Source of the DNA: Amoebophrya sp. A120 | Taxonomy: Eukaryota > Protista > Dinoflagellata | Assembly: GCA_905178155.1 (NCBI GenBank) | Contig: CAJINV010000007.1 | Location: forward strand, 2,709,151-2,773,150 | Reading direction: 5' to 3' | DNA: 64,000 nucleotides | Shown: positions 53,573 through 64,000 of the stretch, one piece after another | How positions within the stretch are numbered: the first letter of the stretch is position 1 | How the letters are laid out: each line of letters opens with the position of its first letter | Made by a program: the position numbers and the translations under genes | Notes under the pieces: generated by a model | The model's database searches: none | Seen by the model: the letters and a program-made list of their open reading frames with translations, nothing else | Told to the model about the DNA's origin: nothing

Positions 53573-54206
53573 ATTGTTGTCGTAGAGAAGAGGTTCGTAA
53601 GTTATTTTGCTGAGCGACCGCACAAGCTCAGTACCCGTCACACACACACGAGATCTTAGATCGTATTTTCCCACGAGGAATAGATCTTTTGGTAGGACCT
53701 GTGTATTCTAGGCATGTAGAACATATGGAGCACTGGCTACAAACCTGTAGTTTGTGCGCTCACGTGTGAAACGGGTAGTGGCTTGAACGATTTATACAAA
53801 TCGGGAGAGGGAGCTATCTATGGTTTTTGGTATACGAAAACTGACCGAGTGTGGCGAACACAAGCCCAGAGCCAACACGTTTGGTGTGGGTGGGTGGGTT
53901 TTCAAAATAAAGTGTGAGTGTGGTGACCGGATGCTCACAGCCCCGACTTACGAACTACCATAGACAACTCCCACAATTGACGATCAACTATTTCCTTACG
54001 AAAACCTCAGATCTCATAATTGTTGTCGTTGAGAAGAGGTTCGTAAGTTATTTTGCTGAGCGACCGCACAAGCTCAGTACCCGTCACACACACACGAGAT
54101 CTTAGATCGTATTTTCCCACGAGGAATAGATCTTTTGGTAGGACCTGTGTACTCTAGGCATGTAGAACATATGGAGCACTGGCTACAAACCTGTAGTTTG
54201 TGCGCT
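53573..54206. repeat. Split direct repeat terminus: 188-bp repeats at 53573-53760 and 54019-54206 around a 258-bp spacer (B1-A2-B2 layout)
   Basis: The two copies differ at two positions. The layout matches the 3' end of PAT/Ngaro-type elements; a copy of the spacer is predicted beyond 64000. Confidence 0.85.
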
Positions 54207-54244
54207 AATTCCAAGGCATCCCAGAATAAAATGTGTGAAGGCAA

Positions 54245-57200
54245 TCAAAGTGTGTACGGCTTCTCATAAATTGCAACATCTGTTCCTTGTCGAAAGGCAA
54301 CGTCTACAGCTTTCGCAACGACTGCGCAATAGTCTTTTGTGGCACCAGCACAGGAGCCTTGGCCGATTTTAAGAGGGATTGCTACAGTGTCGAATTTGCT
54401 ACGTGATAAAATGAAGTCGTAAAGTGCGTTTTTGAATCTATACAGTCGGGCTTCTGCTGAATCGTCTTCAGTAAAGGCTTCTTCTGGTACAACGTCTGTA
54501 GGACGAGGAATTCTCGTTCCTGGGGATGTAGGCGCCCCTGGCCATGCCATCGCGTAAATGTTTACTACTCGACTTATCAACTCCCATTGTCCTAGTGGTT
54601 TTGCGGAGTATGGTTCGGAGTAGCGGTTGGCCAGGGGAAATCTCGCAAATAACTGCGCTGCTAATCCTTTAGGTTTGCAAGGGACACAGCATGTTATATG
54701 TACTATGTAATGCTCTTTGGCGTCACAAATGTCCTTGATTCTAAGTCTACTTCTGGCTAACTCAGGAAATTGGCGGAAGTAAGGCTTTTGTAGAATTTTT
54801 GTAATTTGTGAGCCTATCTCTGTTTTTTCTCTATCTATTCCCCAAAAGTGCAACGACACAGACGACAGCAAAACCCAGTCTTCCTCGGCTCCAAAGACCA
54901 GCGGGTTATGTGCTGTGCAAAACACTTTTGCTCCCTTCTTGTAGGTGCAGATTCCGGTAAAGTTCGCCGCAAGACTGTAGAACATGGGGTTGATCATGGG
55001 CAACATCAGTGCGAAGCGCGGTCTCTGTGCCATCGGGATTTTCATGAAATTCGACAAGAAGCGGGCGGCTACTACTGCAAGTTGTATTGGTGGGAACCAC
55101 CACGATCGTTTCTCGTAGAACAGGTCAAAATTATCAAATGGATGATTGTTCGCGCAGTAGTATTCTGCGAACCGGTGGTTGTGCTGATCTGCAAAACAAT
55201 CGACCTCGAGGCCTGGAAAATGCCGCATCACCATGTTCCATGACCGCTTACACAGAATTTTGTTGGGGAAGGGGTCTTTGAACGCGAACAAGTGGGCTTC
55301 GTGACGTGACAAGGCGTCCGCGATGATGTTCTCCTCACCGGCGATTTTTCCTGCTATTATCTCTGTGCCTGAGGCGGTAGCGAAAGCGGTGAGGTCGCGC
55401 GTGACTTTCTTCAAGATCGTTGTTGACGTGGAACCTTTGTTCGTCGTGCGCTTCGCGGTGGGGTTGTCTGTCTTGATCAACACCACTTTCTTGTGAAAAA
55501 AGGCTTCCCCTAGCTTCTCTCGCGCGGCCTCCAACACATGAAGTACTGCCAAGGACTCCAATTCGTTGATGCTGGCGGACTCTGTGGTAGCGAAGAGTGC
55601 ATACTTTGATTGCGTTATCGAGAAAAAATTGGGCGTGCGCGTGGTGGACCTAGTCCAGGGGAGAGTAGGCCAGACGGACGGGTAGCTACCCCGAACTTGC
55701 TGGTAGTGAGTGGCGACCATACTAGGCGAAAGGGGCGTCCCCCATACCACCGACGCGGCTCTGCACGTAGGGGCAAATGGAAAACAGGGTAGCCAGAATA
55801 TGGGTTGCTAAACACATCAATTCGGGCGAAAAGGAGAAAGATCATATTTTTTGTAGTTTTTGACTACAGACAAATGTACCTGGAACGCTGTCATCGAAGT
55901 CGCCCGCAAAGTACTGGTCTGACACTGTGCCGCCCCAGCCTCTGTTGCGTCTTTGGTCGCAATCCTCGATGTCTCCTTTTGCTGCGTCCATGTAAACGCC
56001 TATGAACATGCTGCTACTTAAGGATGCAAAAAAGGCTTTCCCAAAGGCGAGCACTTCGCGTGACCAAATAAACGTTTGTTCTCCGTTGTAGAACATCTGC
56101 CTCGCGTGGTCCTCTTGCAGCAAATCTTCCCAGAGGTCCAAGTCGTCGAACACCGACTCGTTGATTGTCACCTGTGGGTTGAACTGCTTGTTCAGCTTCG
56201 CCCACTGTTTCGGCGCTCCCGACTGCACCAGCACACGACTAAGCTCGTCCAGGGGACCTCTGGGGTGGATGAGTGCGCACGATCCAAGCTTACCTTTGAT
56301 GCTTGCGACGTCGCGTGCCTTCGCTTCGTTATTCCTGCCTTTTTGCTTGAATTCCCTCACGGCTTTAAGGTACTCTTCCCTGCGTGCTGGGTCCAGGATG
56401 ATGTTGCACACTCTCGGGTCGGTGTTGAAGACGTTGCCCAGCCAGGGGAAGCTTGTGGACGGCTGGATTAGCTTCGATTCTTTGTGGTGGATTTTGATGC
56501 CCATCTTGGTCAAGATGTACACCGCTCTTTCCAGGTCAAACTTTGCTTTGTCGTAGTTCGGCCGTCCGTTCACTGGGTTGGTGATGAAGCGGACATCATC
56601 CACGTAGTCGAGATATGGCGATGTTACGCCGTTTCGCGCCACCGCGGCTAGGAAGGCCTTCACGAAGAAATCATTTTCTTGTATGCAAGGAAAAAAATCA
56701 GTGCTCTGTGTGATGCTGGACCTGATCATGCAAAGGACAGGGCACTGATTTTTTTCGATACCACCAGGAGCCGGTCCGATGCCAAATGGGCAATATAAAT
56801 GTCCACCTTTTTGTGTTGTGGCTTCTAAATTTATTCCAAGCATCCTGCGGAAGCGGGCATGTACTAGCCAGTGACCAAAGGAATCTTTGAAATCAACTCC
56901 GCTGCCTAGTGAATTCGGCTTCAAGTGCAAGAACATGTCCCAGTACGTCTTGTAGTCTACTTCTGTGGAAAAAATCGACTGGTTGATGAGCGCCCATTCT
57001 GAACTATAATCGCTGATGACTCTGATCTTGTCGTCGCGTTGGAAAAGCAAATTTCCTGGCACACAAGTCAGGTCCGGAGGGTAGTCACAGAACTGGACTT
57101 GCTCTCCCTCCTCGTTTTCCTGGGTTTTGACGTCGTACAAAATTATTTTCTTGTCCTCAAAGAACCGCTTGAACTCACCGCTGTACACTTCCGGGTGCTG

Positions 57201-57884
57201 TTTGGCTGCTGGGTAGTTCTCACACACGACGGGGTCGAGGTGTTCTGCGATCTGCTTGAACTTTATGCCGGTACATGCTTTTCTGAGTGCTTCTGGTGCG
57301 AGGCCGTAGCGGACACATTCTGCTGGGTTGATGGTCAGACCTTCAAAGGCTTGGTCATCCTCTGCTTTCCGCCATCTATCTTCTGGGCCATCTTGCTTCG
57401 CCAGCAGCGGCCTAACTTCTTCTCTCGTGATCGGTGCGCCTTCTTTGCGATAGTCGTCAATCGAATACGGTGATATTGGCGTGAAGGCGTACGGGTCACC
57501 ATAGACGTTGGTTGGCGCCACCAGGCGGGAGAGGTCGATCTCGTCGATTTCATGTTGATAATGCTTTGGCGGCTTTGCTGGCTGCGGGAGATGCTGATCC
57601 CAGACTGCGGCTGGTGGCTGCGGCTTGAAAATCAGCCTGGGGTCTTCCCAGCACTCGTTGTACTGCCGCTCTGTATCCTTTTCGACCACTTTTCTCGTGG
57701 TGCCCCGCGCCGGAATGTGCACTTCTGGCAGCCTGCCTATTTGCACGCCGCAAAACGACTTCTCATCGCGTTTTTGCTTCTTCGCGGCTCGACGATCGGC
57801 TTGCTCGTGCACTCTGGCTAGGGCTGCGGATCTCCCTATCTCGTAGCCGCAAAACATGGCTACCCGGAACACGATGCGAGGCAT
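54245..57884 (-). CDS. pol: Pol: reverse transcriptase - RNase H - DIRS methyltransferase-like - macrodomain (spliced)
   Basis: RT motifs VDFKDSF, CPFGIGPAP and YVDD. RNase H motifs YMDAA, INELE, TDN, NIIADALSR. MT-like VDCFAD...WFPP. GT-AG intron 55582-55879 joins SVP|ESASINELE; probable in-frame intron at 56678-56761. True start uncertain. Confidence 0.88.
55623..55827 (-). ncRNA. Putative structured intronic RNA element, copy A
   Basis: Shares conserved blocks with 59546-59755, and GCTACCC/GGGTAGC pairing is possible in both. Strand assumed from the host transcript. Confidence 0.5.
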
Positions 57885-60168
57885 CTAGAAGGGGTTTCGC
57901 ATTATTAATCCTGTGTCTGGTCTGTAAACAAAAAAGGAGTCTCTCTTTCTTCGTTCGTGCTCAATAATTGCGAGAATATTGGACCTGCTTAGACAACATT
58001 GCGCGTCGGCGCATGCATCTCTGAGGTCTTGACGCACGCGCCCGCGAGCGACATCCTCGGGAGAAAGTAGCCACGCATTTTTGTTTATCCAGTTAGTTTG
58101 AATTGTACATAATTGCTTATCAGAGCAAAGCGCAAGTTGTGCTCTTAAGGTTCTATCACTCCTGTGAATGTTATCCTGGTAGCGCCTCTCCTCTCTCGGC
58201 AAGCGCCTGATCAACTCTTGTGCTACTTGATACATCTTCTCTTCGGCCTAAATGTGAATTGAAAAAGATGACTGTGATGCGTAAAACGCGACAAGAAGAA
58301 AGAGTTTTTCGGAATAGAGACGACGACGATGAACAAAAGAAAGTAATAAGAATGCTGTCTTTTCTGACTGCCTGCACTTTTTTGCATCGGGTGATTCCAC
58401 TTTATTGTTCTTTGTGTATCGAAAAAGGTTACTCAAGAGAATATTTTTTCAACAAAGATTCAAAGTGATGCTCACGATCGTTTTTGTTCAGTCGATGTGT
58501 GGGCGCAACACAGGTTCTTGGGGGTTCACAATCTCCTCATCAGAGCTCTCACTGCTCACATCAACTTCGTTGTCGGACGAGTGGTGGCTCGGTGGTAGGC
58601 TGCCTTCCGGCTCTGGGTTTAATTCCAGGTATCGCACTACTGCCCGTCCGATGGCTCGTCCATGAGCATTAAAAAAGTTCCTCGCGGCGATCTGTGCTCC
58701 GACCAATCTTCCCATGCACCTGAATTAGTCATCATTGGTTGATGGGTACGACGACTCGCTGGAGGAGTCATTGGTTTTGTTTTTCAAATGCTCCGGGAGA
58801 TCCCGCGGGTGCAGCAATTCCAGCAGCATTTTGTCATTCAACCGGGCTAATTCTTTTCCTTCTTTCCGCAGGTTAAGCTCGTACATCCGGATTTTCTTGA
58901 ACTTCATCTTTTCTAAGTTGAAGATCTTGGCGATTTCCGCCGGCGGGGCGTCGCGATGCTCGCGATACATTGCTACTGCTGTGTGCGCGAAATTGCGGGT
59001 CTGCAACAAAGAATTCCACTTCTTTCCTTGCATCGTCTCGTTTTGGGCCGGATAGTGCCAAATTTCACTTAGATGGCTATGGACACTGTCCATCGCGCAC
59101 GCCAGCGCTTCCGCGAGTTTCCCTTGGCAAGCCTGCCGGGAAGCAATTGCTTCCAAACAATCCAACAAAGTCACGCACGTGGAACGTAACTTGTCGGGGT
59201 CGGAGGATTTGGAAGCAATGAGATTTTTGGACATGCACCAGCGGAAACCGGTGATGACTTCCATCAGCTGTTTCGAATTTTGCTCAGATTTTCCTAAGTC
59301 CTTGATGTTCATCAACATTGACTTCGCCTGCCGGTCTACCGGCTGTTTGACGAAGTAATCGATATGTTCAAGATTCATCCTAAATCCGACTATCAAAAAA
59401 CTGATCGTGGCAAAGGTCCCTGTGGATGAAAAAAGGCAAAGCACTAAAAGAGGCATTTGGTGACAGCTGTACTAGCCGTTTTTGTGCTCCAATTTTTTTG
59501 ATCGTATCGTCGTGCCCCATTTGATCTGGGCTTTCGCAGGGCGGCAAAAAATGCCCGTGCGCAGGGTGGACCGTGCTCTAGGCTTTCTTCCCTCCAGGAA
59601 CCGGGGGCTACCCCAGAGCGTGTGGATCACGTGTGTGGGCGCTCTAGAGAATGGCACAGGAGCGTCCTCCATACCACTTACTGCGGCTCTGACATGTATG
59701 ACAAATGGAAAGTCGGGTAGCCAGAATATGGGGTGCTAAATACATCAATTCGGGCAAAATGTCGAAAACAGGTAAAAAATAACAATAGAACCGGCAGTGT
59801 TCGGCCTTCTGCACCACCAAGTATGCCACGCTAGCACACAGGAGGGAATAGCCGTTGATGAGGCCGAGTTCGATCAGCATGTACAGAATCAAAACTCTTC
59901 CCGCGGACGTTGAGTAGAACTTAATGATGTAGCACCAGTGCTGTGCGGACCGGTAAGTGCGCATAAACGATTCAAAGTCGAAACGACTGTCGTCGTAAGC
60001 GGCTCGTGCTAACAGTGCAGGCGCATTGTACAGGCGCTGTACCAGAATCCAGCACTTCTGTACGAAAATGCGCGTGACATGGGCCCAAAAGCGCCAGCCA
60101 GAAAGGTGCATCAACGGTCGTTCCATCTTGATTTGATTTTTGCTAATACTTAGTCTATTATTCGTCAA
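57885..60168 (-). CDS. Unassigned accessory ORF(s) of the retroelement, probably spliced
   Basis: ORFs of 174, 243, 75 and 116 aa. A phase-2 GT-AG intron at 59380-59791 would join EHCR|MNLEH. No domain recognised. Confidence 0.45.
59546..59755 (-). ncRNA. Putative structured intronic RNA element, copy B
   Basis: 39 of 41 identical to copy A in the first block, then short conserved blocks separated by unrelated spacers. Confidence 0.5.
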
Positions 60169-60307
60169 AGATTTTTACTCTCGTGCAGTCGTTCGAGCAG
60201 TAAAGACAAGAAAGGAAGGACGAAAAAGCGGTAGAAGAACAAAGCGAGACAAGAATGTCCATGTTGTGCGTGGGCATCAGGGTGTGATTCCTTTTGTGTG
60301 TCGAATG

Positions 60308-62548
60308 CTAAACTACGTTGTACAGATTTTCGTCGCAATTCTGAATGAAGTCCAGTACTTTCCCGTAGACCGCCACGTCACAATTGCCTTCACCTACGTG
60401 TGCGAAAAGCCTCGGGCAGAGTTCTTGAAAATTCGAAAGTGAGATTTTTCCCCAGGCTATTTTCTCTATACAAGCTGTAAACTTGATCGCGTCGTCATCG
60501 TGTACGAAGGACGCATGCGCGCTGTCGAGATTCCTGAGGGCTAAGACACTGTTATAATCATCTATGGTTTTGCTCTCGTGCATATTCACCATGTTCCTGA
60601 GCTCTGTGCTGGAAATGGGCGCATAATGGATATCTAAACAGTAGGAATTTCTCCAGCCGCCCTGGTGATATGCTAATCTGCGCGAGGCGTCGTGGGCAAT
60701 AAAATGTTTTGCCCCACCTTTGCGGAGTGAGATCGGCTTCTTTGGGGCTACATCTGGTAAGGCCGTTTCGAAGAATGTTTTCACATCCTTGCGAATGCCG
60801 TCCTTGCTACTCTTCTGCCCGCCCCTATTTCTAATGTTTGCGTTACCGATTACAAAAAAATAAGCGTCGTTTGGCGACCACTTTCTGCCAATAACAGCGT
60901 CGAAGAATGCCCTGCCGAACCTTTGGTAAGCTCCTAAGAGGGTTGTAAAGTATGATGGTACCCAGGCTTCTGAGCCCTGAGACAACTGGTCGTTTTTTGC
61001 GTGCGCTACAAAAATTGCAAATTGGGGCGAGATGCCGTTTGTGCATGTTACGGCAACGTCCTTCACCCTCAGCTCGCGCAATTCATCGTTTCTTCTTACA
61101 CAGAAGAAAGCGACAACTACCATCGTCAGCTTCTGCAACCGCATTACTAAATTGATGTCTGATGATGACATGTTCAGGACTGCACGCTTGGACCATTCCT
61201 TGTCTGCCTTCAGGAGGTGTCCATGGTGTTGCGACCAGTGATCCCATTCTGCGTGGTACGCGTCCAACATCTCGGTCGTGGATGGACACCATTTTGCGTC
61301 TAGCGGGGCACCATGGTGTGCTTCTTTCTTGAACCTGAAAATGTTATCATTATGATATATCCATATGGAAATGATTATGTGGCACAAATAATTGTGGCAG
61401 TAGCAAGAGAAAATTTTCGAGCAGTAAGAACAACATTACCCTTTCCACAGCTTCTGGAAAAAGGCTCCTCTGTTCTTCGTCGTGTACCCACTGAGCTCTA
61501 CCCGGGAGGCGTTGAAGGCGTTCAACGCGGCGCTTAGCTGCAGGAAAGCGCCCCACCGTATCCGGTTCGTCTCTTTGTTTTTGTAGGCTTTATGAATCTC
61601 GTGGACGTGGGCAAACGCTACGAACATGAGGGTGGCCTCGGCGTCAGAGGTTATGGGCCATAAAACGAACCCGAGTTCTTTTGCTACTGCTGGCACAACT
61701 TTAGACAAAATTGCCGAGTATCCTTTCGAAGTGCCATCTGTGATGGACGCACTCGCGTGTTCTGCGGTGGCTGCAGTCAGGAGTTCGGCCGCCTGGTTCG
61801 ATAGCGGGAACGCGTCGAATATGCCGTTGTTCGACGCTTTGATCTCGAAATCGAAAGTCACTTCGTCTTCACAGAATGGCTTGTACTTTACAACGGCTTT
61901 TCCTTTTGCTTGCTGGTAAAAATGTAGCACGCTCGCTATTGACGGAGTCGGCGTTGAGAGAATGATGTTGCCCGGTCTGGAAATGAGTGCAACTGAATCA
62001 GACGTGGCATCGCTCACGGACGACGACGACGAAGCCATGCTGAAGCTGACTGATAAAGACGACGCTGCGCTCGACGAACTTCTGCTGCTGACGGGCTTGA
62101 AATTCAGTAATGCGTCGAGCGGCTTTTTAACTTCTTCTTTCCGTTTCTCCATGTGCTCGTGGATGCCCGCCAAACGAAAAGCAGAGGAAGCGAATTTGTG
62201 CTGGCTGCTTGGAGAAGACACCGCTGTTACAAAACCGGAATCTGGGATGATTTCGTTGAACTCATCAAGTGCTTGCTCATGCCAGTCTTCCACTTGCACC
62301 AGCTCAGTTTCTACGGCGTCCATGATGGTGTTGTAATAATCTGGGGCTTTTCGCTTTGATGGCTGCGATGGTCTTGCTGCGTCGCTCAACTGTGGGTGGC
62401 TTTTCGTGGCTGACTTCTTGTCGGCGCCTGCTAGCTCCTTCAGGGAGGCTGCAACCGCTGCTTGCTCTGCCAGCTTTTGTAGCTCGCGCCGCAGGACGTC
62501 CTCGCCCAGGGCTTCGTGACACGCATTATTTGCAATGAACTTATTCAT
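60308..62548 (-). CDS. Tyrosine recombinase (two exons, ~710 aa)
   Basis: Motifs FFCVRRNDELRELRVKDV, AKNDQ, ISLRKGGA and GGW...IHY. GT-AG intron 61335-61439 joins LWKG|FKKE in frame. Confidence 0.88.
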
Positions 62549-62837
62549 CGTTGTATTTACAACCTGTTCGCACTAAAGAAGCGGCAAGACGTAAGAGTAC
62601 GAAACTGAATCGCAAGGAGCTTATCGCTCGGCTCGGAATCACTCGGGGTGTAGCATCTGTGATGCGCTCTGGAGATCTCAATAAGCAGCTGATGCTTAAA
62701 AGGACAAAAAGGACGCAAAACACGAAAAAAGAAGAACACTGCGACCTGCTCGTAACCTCCTGTGTAGATTATCGGGTTGGTGCTGCGACTTCTATTTCAT
62801 CATTAAAAAAAATCGTAAGAAACGTTTTGCAGACTGA

Positions 62838-64000
62838 TTATTGTCCGAAAGGGTTGCTATACACTGAAGCTGAAGCTTTTCCACCATTGTTTTTTTGTCG
62901 CTTCAAACCGGCCCCTTTCCCGCCCTGATTGTTAAACTGTGGGGCCTTTGGGAAAGGACGCAACATATTACCACCTAGACCTTGCTGCTGGTTTCCATGC
63001 TGCTGGAACTGCTGGCTCCCCTTGCCTCCTCCTTTGAGGGGACAGTCTTTGTTCCAGTGCGCCTCACCACCACACTGCGGCTTTGGGCACTTGATGTAGC
63101 AGATGTTTCCTGATGCAGCGCACGCTTTCAAGCCCAGCTGGCCGTCCTTGTGGTGGTTGCCTGGTCCTTTGCCTGCCATGATGCAGTTGACGCAGCTCTG
63201 CGTGTGGGACATCCAGGTAGACAGAATCGTGGGACTCTTCGCATTCGCAGCCTCCAGTGCACCTAAGCCGCCCGCGGTCGTTTTGGGTGCGTTGTTCATG
63301 ATGGTGTTGATTTCGTCGTACACAATTTTGTTCTTCTGCTGCTCTGAGCTTGCACCACCACCGGGGTGTTGTCCCAAGTCCGGGACTCGATTTTTGTTGT
63401 TGCCGCCAATCATAGACATGAGATTTCCACCCAGTTGCATCATGCGTTGAATGATATTTGGTTTGCACAAATTATCACACGCTGCCGTTGTCATGGCCGC
63501 CGCGTATTCTAAATTGTAAAATCCCTCGTCGGTTGGAGATGTGGTATACTTGTTTTTGAGCTGGGCCGCGAATTCTTTGATGAAGAAATATCTGCGGAGA
63601 GTTTGTTTTTATCATTACTTAGCAAAACAGCTCACTCAAGCGTGAATATGCAAAAGACATGGCAGAATACAAAAGATGAACAAACGACGAATGAGAGTTT
63701 GGAAGCATCGGACGAAACAAACAGGATATACGTACATTTGGTAATTGTAATTCAGCGGTAGCTTCTTGGGCGCGATCGAGTTTTTGGTCAACGCGGCCGA
63801 TTTTCGTTCGTAGTATGTCACTGGCCATAGAAAATACCGGGCCAGGATAGTCCACTCTTCGTTCGGGAAGAGGTCTATCAGTGTCTGGAGGTATTGCTTC
63901 AACTCGTACAAGGAACCCGCCGGGGGCAAGATCATGTTCTTCCAACTGCACTTGGGAATATCTTGCTGGTTGGTACTGTCGATGAAGCTCTGTGAGGTCA
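62838..64000 (-). CDS. Gag-like protein with CCHC-type zinc knuckle (partial, spliced)
   Basis: CPKPQCGGEAHWNKDC knuckle followed by a G/K/Q-rich tail. GT-AG intron 63592-63735 joins NYQI|YFFIKEF in frame. Confidence 0.7.

Larger units (their letters stand above)
53573..64000 (-). mobile_element. Tyrosine-recombinase retrotransposon (DIRS order, split direct repeats, gag-YR-RT order); 5' end outside the window
   Basis: Gag-like zinc knuckle, YR, RT, RNase H and MT-like domains, all on the minus strand, followed by two 188-bp direct repeats. Confidence 0.9.

Noticed and set aside
55623-55827. Assigning the duplicated RNA to group I/II intron, HDV or hammerhead ribozyme, RNase P, SRP, U snRNA or dicistrovirus IRES
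   Set aside because: Only fragmentary resemblances (GTGCG, GAGCCG, GGAAAGTC in one copy, ATTTAGC); full core motifs were not found by eye.

Overview
Intron-rich eukaryotic DNA with every gene on the minus strand. The style (non-canonical inverted-repeat introns, low-complexity proteins, unidirectional genes) suggests an Amoebophrya-like syndinian or dinoflagellate alveolate; this is inference. The window holds four main parts: (1) a low-complexity hypothetical gene (~786-8135); (2) an F-box + SirB1/Transglut_core2 (FBXO21-like) gene (~11.4-18.0 kb); (3) a giant ~9,300-aa surface-type protein gene (~20.2-53.4 kb) with FN3, filamin and PA14 domains plus ~19 unrecognised Cys-containing repeats; (4) a young-looking tyrosine-recombinase (DIRS-order) retrotransposon from 53573 to beyond the window end. 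At least ten introns lack GT-AG/GC-AG ends that give the expected join and follow one rule: a TAT...ATA-ended inverted-repeat element plus one copy of a 5-bp target duplication is removed. The most unusual object is the retroelement. It keeps about five GT-AG introns, carries two diverged copies of a ~205-nt putative structured RNA inside two of them, and ends its RT-RNaseH-MT polyprotein with a macrodomain. All splice calls were made by eye from reading-frame restoration and need RNA confirmation.
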